Assembly: GCA_964016885.1 (NCBI GenBank)
Contig: OZ024740.1
Span: forward strand, 156,116,001 to 156,180,000
Source: Eledone cirrhosa
Lineage: Eukaryota
Length of the DNA: 64,000 bases
Direction: 5' to 3'
Shown: in pieces, positions 31,953 through 46,900 of the stretch
How the letters are laid out: each line of letters opens with the position of its first letter
Numbering within the stretch: position 1 is the stretch's first letter
Notes under the pieces: generated by a model
Told to the model about the DNA's origin: nothing
What the model saw: the letters and a program-made list of their open reading frames with translations, nothing else
Databases searched by the model: none
Position numbers and translations under genes: made by a program

Positions 31953-34900
31953 GCGGAAAGGTGGAAAGAAATCGACGCCCAATACTCAACTAGTACTTTT
32001 ATTACCGACCCAAAATGATGGGAGGTAAACTTAACCTCTGCGGGATTTGATCCCAGAACACAGAGAACCCGAACAAACATTGCAATGTACTATATTCGAT
32101 ACTGTAACGATTCTTTCAATTCATGGTTTATACTCTGAATAACAACAGATGTTCATTCAGATAAATTTCAACAGATAATTGAAAGTAAGTAACTATCCAT
32201 GGCAACAAAGACTATGATTTGTTCACTTTAGTGCTTTTAACAGGTTTCAGTCTCTTGCAAGATACGAACCAGACCAACGGTTTGCTCCACGTCCATGTTA
32301 TTCATGATGATACTAACCTGGCGATATTGAAACTAGATATTAGCAACATCAATGTAATCACTACAAAAATGCCTGCAAAAATCGTAGACATGTCTCTTCT
32401 ATCCTGATTAATTTATAAAAGAAAACAAAAATGAATTCATGTAAAAGATACATACCTCCCACGGAAACTATTTTTTCTTTTATGAGTCCCATTTGGTTTC
32501 CATTTACCGCAAAGCATGTAATCTTTGTGACTCCTGATGTGTTACTATTTCCTAATAAATATAGTTATAGATTGGTTTAACCATTTCAATTCTATTAGAT
32601 TCGAATAGAGTCAAATAAACTTACACTTCATAAAATGAGAAGCAAATGTCATAAAGATATTAGTACAGATTAAAAGAAAAGGTTCTACTTTTTAGTCTTT
32701 TGCTTTTTTTAATATCCAACATCTTTATTTATTCAATATAAAAAAAATCTCTTCATGTGATAAAAGGCCATTGACATTATATAAAAATAATAGAGCAGTA
32801 TCTAATGAAAACAAAATATACTATTAAATGGAACAGAAAATGAAAAGGAGAAAAAGAAAGAAAGATCAAGCAACCAAAGAAAGGGAGAGGAGCAGGGACT
32901 GTCACTACACACCAGTTTGAGCGGTGCCTCAGCTGTGCTCCGCAAGCGGCCCATCATCTTTCCGACTTTACGGAGGTAATCAGCAGTGCGGGGAACAAGG
33001 ATGCCAGAGGTCTCGATGGAAGCTGGTGCGAAGAAGAAGCGGTTGGTCAACCCCGGTATTTTACTAACCTCCACTCTTTCGTATTGCGGACTGCAGAGTC
33101 CAGGTTTGTGGTCGAAGCGAAGAGGCTGCAGGCGAAGAATTAGTCACAGCTTTTTCTCTCATTACGCAGAGTGGGCAGGTTGATGTAATTGGCTAACACA
33201 CTTATCACGAAAATAAGAGATTTGGATTCGATTCCCTCGTATGCTGATTTTACCACTTTTTTTATTCTAATCTGGGGTCTTATAAGCCCTGTTATTATCA
33301 GATAATTTTGTTTTTATTTATCTAATTTATTTTCACATCTCGTTTAACTGTTCACCCCCCCCCTTTGTTTTACTTGCGTTATTTCCATACCACACCACTC
33401 TCACGCATATACATATATTTCTTATAATATACATATATTTCTCATACGACTGAGTCTTACCACCAATGCACGCACACACAACATATACGCTCTAGCGCAC
33501 ATTCAAGACGATTTCATTGATTAATTAAAATTCATAAAACATCTAGAAAACCAACAGTCTGGCAGATTAACTTACCTTTATAAAATCCCCTTGCACTGAA
33601 TGTAGTCACACCCAAAGTATTTTCCAGAGTTACGTGGACTGTAGCGTTTGATATATTTGCGACGCAGTCGTAATTTAACATAGGAATCACATTAGATACT
33701 GATGCATTTAGCTTAACATCTGGAAATTGTTGTAATTCAAAAGTTGTATGCAAACTATCCTGCATAGCACCAGAATTTATGGTGCAGTTTACGGGTACTT
33801 AATCGAAAATAAAAGAAAAAAAGAATAGAAACATCAGGAGAAAAAGAATGAAAACTTTTAATAGAGAACCGTGACAGAGCTTATCGGCTATCAAAAATAT
33901 ACATTCACTTTTGTATGTTTTTTATCTATTACTAGTTTCAGACTATGTTATATTCATCACTTGATTATGGCAGATATCTTATCGAGCATGACAAAATATT
34001 TTGTGATATTTAATTTTCTGAGCGCATATTCTGCATTGTATTAACATAAAAGGTAAATATAACGGTTTATGCTTTTGAATGATGGCTACTTAAACGTATA
34101 TCGAGTAACCAGTGAAACTATTTATATTTAATAAAAGATATACATAAAATCCTTTGTTATGGCTTAGTCGTTAGGGCACTTGATTAAAAATGCCTCAATA
34201 TTTGTTCAGGCTTATGTCAAGGTCAACTTTGCTTTTCATCCCTTCTAGTTCAAAATATATAGTACCATCCATTACTGGAGTCGGTTGTTCTCTTTATTTC
34301 TCTGGAAGAAATTCGCTGTGTTCCGACCTGGTGAGGGATGGACTCTGCAAGATTTAAAATGTCCAAGACACGCCATAATCTTATTGCCGAGTCGTATTCA
34401 TAAAATATAGAACTCAGATAGCCTCGATCCTCGGCGAATTTAATAAAATGTTTCGAAAAAAGAATCGAGACATTGCTTTTATATAAATTAACCAGATCTA
34501 TATTCATATGTCACATCATTCAATATATATACAAAGATATTATATAGAAAACATACGTACTTCTATCTCCGGACGTAAATTGATATATATCTTTGACTAT
34601 AATACTCTCCTGCGAGCGATTGCTTTGCAATATCTGATTGGTTACCATACCAGTAACGGGTTTTCCAGAAATAAACCACAAATAGTTCAGGTTAACCATG
34701 TTAAAATATGTGTAGCATGTAAAATTTGCACCGCCATTGCCTTCTAACTTCGCTGTTAGTCGTATCATTTGGGAAATAACTGGAAAAAATGGATAAAATA
34801 CAAATATTCCACATAAATAGATGTTTCGGCATCCCACATTTTAACTTTGAATTCACAACTTCCAATAAAAAAACATCAACAGGAACATTAAAAAGCAACA

Positions 34901-37900
34901 CAAAATACAAACTAATACAATTATTATGATATATTACAAATAATGATGTCTTGCACCATGGCATGTACATTTGTGTGTGTGTGTGTGTATATAGAAAAGA
35001 GTTTCATTTCTACTCAGAAAATAAATTTTACACTCTATCTGAAGTTATTTACGGCTTTTAACATGCTGGCCTCAATTTCCCCCTCTCCAGAATCCATGTC
35101 ATATTTAAGTTCATTAATTGGTCTCGTGACTGCAACCCCCAAAAGGTTGGTCTTAGCCCATAGATGCATCTCATGTACATTAAAAGATGTGACCGGGTTT
35201 AGGAGATCAGCAAAGTATTCTCTCCCCCTCTCGAGGACGCACCTCACTTCAGAGAGAAGAACCCCAGACAAGTTGTTGACAGCAGGCCTGGAGATGGACT
35301 TTTTATTGCAAAGTTGGTGGATGGTCTGCGACCATACTTTATTTCCAGCTTAACCCCAATGTCCTTCAATGTCTTAACCTTGGACGCCTTTACTGTCTCT
35401 GCTACGACACATCACGACTGCTTGTACCACGAGTACAAGAAGGAAGACTTATTTCTAATCCAAGCTTTGTAAGCTCCCTTCTTTGATCGGATAGCATTGT
35501 TAACTTCCTGATTGGACACGGCGGTGCTGCTGCTAACCACTGCCACATCGAGCCGCTTTCATCCGCTGTATTTAATAGCTGAAGCAGAAATTGCCGAGCT
35601 GAACAGTCTCCACTCTGTTTCAACGTACTCAATTCTTTCAGGGTGTTCTCTGAATTTGGATGCAATAGTATCCACATATCCAATCATGAAATCTTCATCA
35701 GACAACGCTTTCCTCTTTATTCTGTATGGTGATATGAACTTGTCACAGTTTTAGGTTTTCTTAACTTTAGGTAATTTCGGATTACAGATAACTATATGGT
35801 GATCAGTTGACAGCTCAGCTCTCTCCTAACACGAACATCCAGCACAGAATCGAAGAGCTCAGAGACAATAGAAAAATCACTTACTGATCATTGTCCCCGA
35901 TTTCTCGAAAACCATGAATATTTATAGATGTCTTTGTACTGCAAGAAGATGTTTATAATAGAGAGTTAATTACTAGAATGGAAACCTAATAAGGCCTCTC
36001 CATTTGCATTTAGATCGGGATCGCCGTTCCTTCACATCAATATTTTCGCTGTCAGTTGCTTAGTGTCAGTATGTGCATTGACGTCGCTCATTAGGATATA
36101 TGACAGAGAACAAATACCGTTTACACAAGCCACTATAGTTCCATCTGAGAGCAAACTACCGATCCAAGAGATGACTGACGGATGAAGATCGTAAGCGGTT
36201 AGTTTTGAGAGGCGATTCACATGTCAGACACGACCAAAAGCTTAGGTTATGTTGTGGGACAACAACATTGTTTTCAGCAAATTTCTCTAAGTAGGGAGTT
36301 CACTGACGTGACATAGAAGAGTAGGTCTTAGGTTGATCAGGTTTTACGGAAAACATGTTGGTAGTCGTTAAGGAAAGAGTGAAACGGGGGAGACGGAAGG
36401 AGAGAAAGAAAAAAATTCAGCTGATAGAGAAATTCATTGATAATTTTATAGTGTATTGTGGATGAATAAACAAACCTACTAGACATTTTGCCAACCTATA
36501 GTGTTTTTATGTTCCAAAGTACATCCGTAGATTCACACTTTGTTTATACTTTTTACATTTGTTGCATTCAACAGTGAACAAGGCACGGTAAGCTGACCAG
36601 TTTTTGAGATAAACAATTCTTGAAATACACCTTTACAGTCCCTTCCTAGTAATTTGGGTGAGTAGTGCTCTAATTACATAATTGTTTCTACTGTTGGCAC
36701 AAGGCCAGCAATTATCCCAGTGTATTACTGGTACTTTATTTATCGACCCCGTAAGGATGAAAGGCAAAGTTAACCTCGACGGGATTTGAACTCAGATCAT
36801 AAAGGGCCGTAACTCTATGCTGCAAAGCATGGCGTCCGACCCTGTACCATAACTGCCAATCCACAATGATGTATTAATTCTAATATTGTGCAAGTATTAA
36901 AAATTAATATTGTGACGAATCGCTTACAGAAAATATTATTCGTAAAATCACCATAAATTTTACATTGTTTGTTGTTGTTGCTCTCGCCTTAGTCCGTTTT
37001 GAGTTAGTTTACTTATAATCAAATATATTCTGTGTCCTTCCGTTTTTTTCCAGATGCAGTGTTTCCAGGACGGCATTCTCGAATATGTTCTATTTTTTAA
37101 ATTACTTTAGTGAGGCAAGTTTGGTTGAATAGATTATATCACTCCATCATTACCTCTATTACTCTCCCATAGTTTATATTCTTGTATTGTTTTATTGATT
37201 TCAGTCATTACCCCGCGGCCATGCTGGGGTTTCCCAATCATACTGACCTTAGTAATCACTTTTTCAACTCTGTTACCTATTTTATTGATTTTTTAATTTT
37301 TATTGAACTTCTCAGAGACGGCACATAAACAGAGGCACAAACGTAAACATACACACATACGATGAGCTTCTACAGATTCCTTTTGTTTAATTTCACCCAT
37401 AAGGTATTGGTCATCCCGAGGCTATATTACAAGACATTTGCCCAAGATGTCACGCCGTGGGAATGAACCTGAAATCACGTGGTTGCGAAGCAAACTCCTT
37501 ACCTCAATAGTTATTCATGTTTCATTGCAATTATTTGGATTAATTTCTCTCATGGACTGCAGCCATGCAGGTTCAGCACCTTCAATAGTTCAAAGGCTTT
37601 ATAGTCTACTGTAATGGAACCGTTACTCTCGTTTGGTATTTATTTTATTGATGTCAGAGAAAAAAGAATTGCAAAGTCATCCGAGTGTAGGCAGAAGCAA
37701 TCGTGAGGGATACAAATGCGATATATTTTTTGTGATTGATGCAGTCATTTTGTTTACTACCTGACGCTAATGAGCACATACAAATGCGGAAAGACAGACA
37801 CTGTTTAATTTGCCTTGCTTGCTTTGAGAGTTTAAGTCGGAGGGGCGTCGTCGTGTCTTATGTCCTTGTCATTTAAAACCTGGTAGAGACCACTCCTTTT

Positions 37901-37926
37901 CATGAATAACCAAAGCCGATTTCTTC

Positions 37927-37958
<32 letters not shown>

Positions 37959-40900
37959 GCGGAAAGGTGGAAAGAAATCGACGCCCAATACTCAACTAGT
38001 ACTTTTATTACCGACCCAAAATGATGGGAGGTAAACTTAACCTCTGCGGGATTTGATCCCAGAACACAGAGAACCCGAACAAACATTGCAATGTACTATA
38101 TTCGATACTGTAACGATTCTTTCAATTCATGGTTTATACTCTGAATAACAACAGATGTTCATTCAGATAAATTTCAACAGATAATTGAAAGTAAGTAACT
38201 ATCCATGGCAACAAAGACTATGATTTGTTCACTTTAGTGCTTTTAACAGGTTTCAGTCTCTTGCAAGATACGAACCAGACCAACGGTTTGCTCCACGTCC
38301 ATGTTATTCATGATGATACTAACCTGGCGATATTGAAACTAGATATTAGCAACATCAATGTAATCACTACAAAAATGCCTGCAAAAATCGTAGACATGTC
38401 TCTTCTATCCTGATTAATTTATAAAAGAAAACAAAAATGAATTCATGTAAAAGATACATACCTCCCACGGAAACTATTTTTTCTTTTATGAGTCCCATTT
38501 GGTTTCCATTTACCGCAAAGCATGTAATCTTTGTGACTCCTGATGTGTTACTATTTCCTAATAAATATAGTTATAGATTGGTTTAACCATTTCAATTCTA
38601 TTAGATTCGAATAGAGTCAAATAAACTTACACTTCATAAAATGAGAAGCAAATGTCATAAAGATATTAGTACAGATTAAAAGAAAAGGTTCTACTTTTTA
38701 GTCTTTTGCTTTTTTTAATATCCAACATCTTTATTTATTCAATATAAAAAAAATCTCTTCATGTGATAAAAGGCCATTGACATTATATAAAAATAATAGA
38801 GCAGTATCTAATGAAAACAAAATATACTATTAAATGGAACAGAAAATGAAAAGGAGAAAAAGAAAGAAAGATCAAGCAACCAAAGAAAGGGAGAGGAGCA
38901 GGGACTGTCACTACACACCAGTTTGAGCGGTGCCTCAGCTGTGCTCCGCAAGCGGCCCATCATCTTTCCGACTTTACGGAGGTAATCAGCAGTGCGGGGA
39001 ACAAGGATGCCAGAGGTCTCGATGGAAGCTGGTGCGAAGAAGAAGCGGTTGGTCAACCCCGGTATTTGACTAACCTCCACTCTTTCGTATTGCGGACTGC
39101 AGAGTCCAGGTTTGTGGTCGAAGCGAAGAGGCTGCAGGCGAAGAATTAGTCACAGCTTTTTCTCTCATTACGCAGAGTGGGCAGGTTGATGTAATTGGCT
39201 AACACACTTATCACGAAAATAAGAGATTTGGATTCGATTCCCTCGTATGCTGATTTTACCACTTTTTTTATTCTAATCTGGGGTCTTATAAGCCCTGTTA
39301 TTATCAGATAATTTTGTTTTTATTTATCTAATTTATTTTCACATCTCGTTTAACTGTTCACCCCCCCCCTTTGTTTTACTTGCGTTATTTCCATACCACA
39401 CCACTCTCACGCATATACATATATTTCTTATAATATACATATATTTCTCATACGACTGAGTCTTACCACCAATGCACGCACACACAACATATACGCTCTA
39501 GCGCACATTCAAGACGATTTCATTGATTAATTAAAATTCATAAAACATCTAGAAAACCAACAGTCTGGCAGATTAACTTACCTTTATAAAATCCCCTTGC
39601 ACTGAATGTAGTCACACCCAAAGTATTTTCCAGAGTTACGTGGACTGTAGCGTTTGATATATTTGCGACGCAGTCGTAATTTAACATAGGAATCACATTA
39701 GATACTGATGCATTTAGCTTAACATCTGGAAATTGTTGTAATTCAAAAGTTGTATGCAAACTATCCTGCATAGCACCAGAATTTATGGTGCAGTTTACGG
39801 GTACTTAATCGAAAATAAAAGAAAAAAAGAATAGAAACATCAGGAGAAAAAGAATGAAAACTTTTAATAGAGAACCGTGACAGAGCTTATCGGCTATCAA
39901 AAATATACATTCACTTTTGTATGTTTTTTATCTATTACTAGTTTCAGACTATGTTATATTCATCACTTGATTATGGCAGATATCTTATCGAGCATGACAA
40001 AATATTTTGTGATATTTAATTTTCTGAGCGCATATTCTGCATTGTATTAACATAAAAGGTAAATATAACGGTTTATGCTTTTGAATGATGGCTACTTAAA
40101 CGTATATCGAGTAACCAGTGAAACTATTTATATTTAATAAAAGATATACATAAAATCCTTTGTTATGGCTTAGTCGTTAGGGCACTTGATTAAAAATGCC
40201 TCAATATTTGTTCAGGCTTATGTCAAGGTCAACTTTGCTTTTCATCCCTTCTAGTTCAAAATATATAGTACCATCCATTACTGGAGTCGGTTGTTCTCTT
40301 TATTTCTCTGGAAGAAATTCGCTGTGTTCCGACCTGGTGAGGGATGGACTCTGCAAGATTTAAAATGTCCAAGACACGCCATAATCTTATTGCCGAGTCG
40401 TATTCATAAAATATAGAACTCAGATAGCCTCGATCCTCGGCGAATTTAATAAAATGTTTCGAAAAAAGAATCGAGACATTGCTTTTATATAAATTAACCA
40501 GATCTATATTCATATGTCACATCATTCAATATATATACAAAGATATTATATAGAAAACATACGTACTTCTATCTCCGGACGTAAATTGATATATATCTTT
40601 GACTATAATACTCTCCTGCGAGCGATTGCTTTGCAATATCTGATTGGTTACCATACCAGTAACGGGTTTTCCAGAAATAAACCACAAATAGTTCAGGTTA
40701 ACCATGTTAAAATATGTGTAGCATGTAAAATTTGCACCGCCATTGCCTTCTAACTTCGCTGTTAGTCGTATCATTTGGGAAATAACTGGAAAAAATGGAT
40801 AAAATACAAATATTCCACATAAATAGATGTTTCGGCATCCCACATTTTAACTTTGAATTCACAACTTCCAATAAAAAAACATCAACAGGAACATTAAAAA

Positions 40901-43900
40901 GCAACACAAAATACAAACTAATACAATTATTATGATATATTACAAATAATGATGTCTTGCACCATGGCATGTACATTTGTGTGTGTGTGTGTGTATATAG
41001 AAAAGAGTTTCATTTCTACTCAGAAAATAAATTTTACACTCTATCTGAAGTTATTTACGGCTTTTAACATGCTGGCCTCAATTTCCCCCTCTCCAGAATC
41101 CATGTCATATTTAAGTTCATTAATTGGTCTCGTGACTGCAACCCCCAAAAGGTTGGTCTTAGCCCATAGATGCATCTCATGTACATTAAAAGATGTGACC
41201 GGGTTTAGGAGATCAGCAAAGTATTCTCTCCCCCTCTCGAGGACGCACCTCACTTCAGAGAGAAGAACCCCAGACAAGTTGTTGACAGCAGGCCTGGAGA
41301 TGGACTTTTTATTGCAAAGTTGGTGGATGGTCTGCGACCATACTTTATTTCCAGCTTAACCCCAATGTCCTTCAATGTCTTAACCTTGGACGCCTTTACT
41401 GTCTCTGCTACGACACATCACGACTGCTTGTACCACGAGTACAAGAAGGAAGACTTATTTCTAATCCAAGCTTTGTAAGCTCCCTTCTTTGATCGGATAG
41501 CATTGTTAACTTCCTGATTGGACACGGCGGTGCTGCTGCTAACCACTGCCACATCGAGCCGCTTTCATCCGCAGTATTTAATAGCTGAAGCAGAAATTGC
41601 CGAGCTGAACAGTCTCCTCTCTGTTTCAACGTACTCAATTCTTTCAGGGTGTTCTCTGAATTTGGATGCAATAGTATCCACATATCCAATCATGAAATCT
41701 TCATCAGACAACGCTTTCCTCTTTATTCTGTATGGTGATATGAACTTGTCACAGTTTTAGGTTTTCTTAACTTTAGGTAATTTCGGATTACAGATAACTA
41801 TATGGTGATCAGTTGACAGCTCAGCTCTCTCCTAACACGAACATCCAGCACAGAATCGAAGAGCTCAGAGACAATAGAAAAATCACTTACTGATCATTGT
41901 CCCCGATTTCTCGAAAACCATGAATATTTATAGATGTCTTTGTACTGCAAGAAGATGTTTATAATAGAGAGTTAATTACTAGAATGGAAACCTAATAAGG
42001 CCTCTCCATTTGCATTTAGATCGGGATCGCCGTTCCTTCACATCAATATTTTCGCTGTCAGTTGCTTAGTGTCAGTATGTGCATTGACGTCGCTCATTAG
42101 GATATATGACAGAGAACAAATACCGTTTACACAAGCCACTATAGTTCCATCTGAGAGCAAACTACCGATCCAAGAGATGACTGACGGATGAAGATCGTAA
42201 GCGGTTAGTTTTGAGAGGCGATTCACATGTCAGACACGACCAAAAGCTTAGGTTATGTTGTGGGACAACAACATTGTTTTCAGCAAATTTCTCTAAGTAG
42301 GGAGTTCACTGACGTGACATAGAAGAGTAGGTCTTAGGTTGATCAGGTTTTACGGAAAACATGTTGGTAGTCGTTAAGGAAAGAGTGAAACGGGGGAGAC
42401 GGAAGGAGAGAAAGAAAAAAATTCAGCTGATAGAGAAATTCATTGATAATTTTATAGTGTATTGTGGATGAATAAACAAACCTACTAGACATTTTGCCAA
42501 CCTATAGTGTTTTTATGTTCCAAAGTACATCCGTAGATTCACACTTTGTTTATACTTTTTACATTTGTTGCATTCAACAGTGAACAAGGCACGGTAAGCT
42601 GACCAGTTTTTGAGATAAACAATTCTTGAAATACACCTTTACAGTCCCTTCCTAGTAATTTGGGTGAGTAGTGCTCTAATTACATAATTGTTTCTACTGT
42701 TGGCACAAGGCCAGCAATTATCCCAGTGTATTACTGGTACTTTATTTATCGACCCCGTAAGGATGAAAGGCAAAGTTAACCTCGACGGGATTTGAACTCA
42801 GATCATAAAGGGCCGTAACTCTATGCTGCAAAGCATGGCGTCCGACCCTGTACCATAACTGCCAATCCACAATGATGTATTAATTCTAATATTGTGCAAG
42901 TATTAAAAATTAATATTGTGACGAATCGCTTACAGAAAATATTATTCGTAAAATCACCATAAATTTTACATTGTTTGTTGTTGTTGCTCTCGCCTTAGTC
43001 CGTTTTGAGTTAGTTTACTTATAATCAAATATATTCTGTGTCCTTCCGTTTTTTTCCAGATGCAGTGTTTCCAGGACGGCATTCTCGAATATGTTCTATT
43101 TTTTAAATTACTTTAGTGAGGCAAGTTTGGTTGAATAGATTATATCACTCCATCATTACCTCTATTACTCTCCCATAGTTTATATTCTTGTATTGTTTTA
43201 TTGATTTCAGTCATTACCCCGCGGCCATGCTGGGGTTTCCCAATCATACTGACCTTAGTAATCACTTTTTCAACTCTGTTACCTATTTTATTGATTTTTT
43301 AATTTTTATTGAACTTCTCAGAGACGGCACATAAACAGAGGCACAAACGTAAACATACACACATACGATGAGCTTCTACAGATTCCTTTTGTTTAATTTC
43401 ACCCATAAGGTATTGGTCATCCCGAGGCTATATTACAAGACATTTGCCCAAGATGTCACGCCGTGGGAATGAACCTGAAATCACGTGGTTGCGAAGCAAA
43501 CTCCTTACCTCAATAGTTATTCATGTTTCATTGCAATTATTTGGATTAATTTCTCTCATGGACTGCAGCCATGCAGGTTCAGCACCTTCAATAGTTCAAA
43601 GGCTTTATAGTCTACTGTAATGGAACCGTTACTCTCGTTTGGTATTTATTTTATTGATGTCAGAGAAATAAGAATTGCAAAGTCATCCGAGTGTAGGCAG
43701 AAGCAATCGTGAGGGATACAAATGCGATATATTTTTTGTGATTGATGCAGTCATTTTGTTTACTACCTGACGCTAATGAGCACATACAAATGCGGAAAGA
43801 CAGACACTGTTTAATTTGCCTTGCTTGCTTTGAGAGTTTAAGTCGGAGGGGCGTCGTCGTGTCTTATGTCCTTGTCATTTAAAACCTGGTAGAGACCACT

Positions 43901-46900
43901 CCTTTTCATGAATAACCAAAGCCGATTTCTTCCAGAGAGAGAGAGAGAGAGAGAGAGGGGGCGGAAAGGTGGAAAGAAATCGACGCCCAATACTCAACTA
44001 GTACTTTTATTACCGACCCAAAATGATGGGAGGTAAACTTAACCTCTGCGGGATTTGATCCCAGAACACAGAGAACCCGAACAAACATTGCAATGTACTA
44101 TATTCGATACTGTAACGATTCTTTCAATTCATGGTTTATACTCTGAATAACAACAGATGTTCATTCAGATAAATTTCAACAGATAATTGAAAGTAAGTAA
44201 CTATCCATGGCAACAAAGACTATGATTTGTTCACTTTAGTGCTTTTAACAGGTTTCAGTCTCTTGCAAGATACGAACCAGACCAACGGTTTGCTCCACGT
44301 CCATGTTATTCATGATGATACTAACCTGGCGATATTGAAACTAGATATTAGCAACATCAATGTAATCACTACAAAAATGCCTGCAAAAATCGTAGACATG
44401 TCTCTTCTATCCTGATTAATTTATAAAAGAAAACAAAAATGAATTCATGTAAAAGATACATACCTCCCACGGAAACTATTTTTTCTTTTATGAGTCCCAT
44501 TTGGTTTCCATTTACCGCAAAGCATGTAATCTTTGTGACTCCTGATGTGTTACTATTTCCTAATAAATATAGTTATAGATTGGTTTAACCATTTCAATTC
44601 TATTAGATTCGAATAGAGTCAAATAAACTTACACTTCATAAAATGAGAAGCAAATGTCATAAAGATATTAGTACAGATTAAAAGAAAAGGTTCTACTTTT
44701 TAGTCTTTTGCTTTTTTTAATATCCAACATCTTTATTTATTCAATATAAAAAAAATCTCTTCATGTGATAAAAGGCCATTGACATTATATAAAAATAATA
44801 GAGCAGTATCTAATGAAAACAAAATATACTATTAAATGGAACAGAAAATGAAAAGGAGAAAAAGAAAGAAAGATCAAGCAACCAAAGAAAGGGAGAGGAG
44901 CAGGGACTGTCACTACACACCAGTTTGAGCGGTGCCTCAGCTGTGCTCCGCAAGCGGCCCATCATCTTTCCGACTTTACGGAGGTAATCAGCAGTGCGGG
45001 GAACAAGGATGCCAGAGGTCTCGATGGAAGCTGGTGCGAAGAAGAAGCGGTTGGTCAACCCCGGTATTTTACTAACCTCCACTCTTTCGTATTGCGGACT
45101 GCAGAGTCCAGGTTTGTGGTCGAAGCGAAGAGGCTGCAGGCGAAGAATTAGTCACAGCTTTTTCTCTCATTACGCAGAGTGGGCAGGTTGATGTAATTGG
45201 CTAACACACTTATCACGAAAATAAGAGATTTGGATTCGATTCCCTCGTATGCTGATTTTACCACTTTTTTTATTCTAATCTGGGGTCTTATAAGCCCTGT
45301 TATTATCAGATAATTTTGTTTTTATTTATCTAATTTATTTTCACATCTCGTTTAACTGTTCACCCCCCCCCCCCTTTGTTTTACTTGCGTTATTTCCATA
45401 CCACACCACTCTCACGCATATACATATATTTCTTATAATATACATATATTTCTCATACGACTGAGTCTTACCACCAATGCACGCACACACAACATATACG
45501 CTCTAGCGCACATTCAAGACGATTTCATTGATTAATTAAAATTCATAAAACATCTAGAAAACCAACAGTCTGGCAGATTAACTTACCTTTATAAAATCCC
45601 CTTGCACTGAATGTAGTCACACCCAAAGTATTTTCCAGAGTTACGTGGACTGTAGCGTTTGATATATTTGCGACGCAGTCGTAATTTAACATAGGAATCA
45701 CATTAGATACTGATGCATTTAGCTTAACATCTGGAAATTGTTGTAATTCAAAAGTTGTATGCAAACTATCCTGCATAGCACCAGAATTTATGGTGCAGTT
45801 TACGGGTACTTAATCGAAAATAAAAGAAAAAAAGAATAGAAACATCAGGAGAAAAAGAATGAAAACTTTTAATAGAGAACCGTGACAGAGCTTATCGGCT
45901 ATCAAAAATATACATTCACTTTTGTATGTTTTTTATCTATTACTAGTTTCAGACTATGTTATATTCATCACTTGATTATGGCAGATATCTTATCGAGCAT
46001 GACAAAATATTTTGTGATATTTAATTTTCTGAGCGCATATTCTGCATTGTATTAACATAAAAGGTAAATATAACGGTTTATGCTTTTGAATGATGGCTAC
46101 TTAAACGTATATCGAGTAACCAGTGAAACTATTTATATTTAATAAAAGATATACATAAAATCCTTTGTTATGGCTTAGTCGTTAGGGCACTTGATTAAAA
46201 ATGCCTCAATATTTGTTCAGGCTTATGTCAAGGTCAACTTTGCTTTTCATCCCTTCTAGTTCAAAATATATAGTACCATCCATTACTGGAGTCGGTTGTT
46301 CTCTTTATTTCTCTGGAAGAAATTCGCTGTGTTCCGACCTGGTGAGGGATGGACTCTGCAAGATTTAAAATGTCCAAGACACGCCATAATCTTATTGCCG
46401 AGTCGTATTCATAAAATATAGAACTCAGATAGCCTCGATCCTCGGCGAATTTAATAAAATGTTTCGAAAAAAGAATCGAGACATTGCTTTTATATAAATT
46501 AACCAGATCTATATTCATATGTCACATCATTCAATATATATACAAAGATATTATATAGAAAACATACGTACTTCTATCTCCGGACGTAAATTGATATATA
46601 TCTTTGACTATAATACTCTCCTGCGAGCGATTGCTTTGCAATATCTGATTGGTTACCATACCAGTAACGGGTTTTCCAGAAATAAACCACAAATAGTTCA
46701 GGTTAACCATGTTAAAATATGTGTAGCATGTAAAATTTGCACCGCCATTGCCTTCTAACTTCGCTGTTAGTCGTATCATTTGGGAAATAACTGGAAAAAA
46801 TGGATAAAATACAAATATTCCACATAAATAGATGTTTCGGCATCCCACATTTTAACTTTGAATTCACAACTTCCAATAAAAAAACATCAACAGGAACATT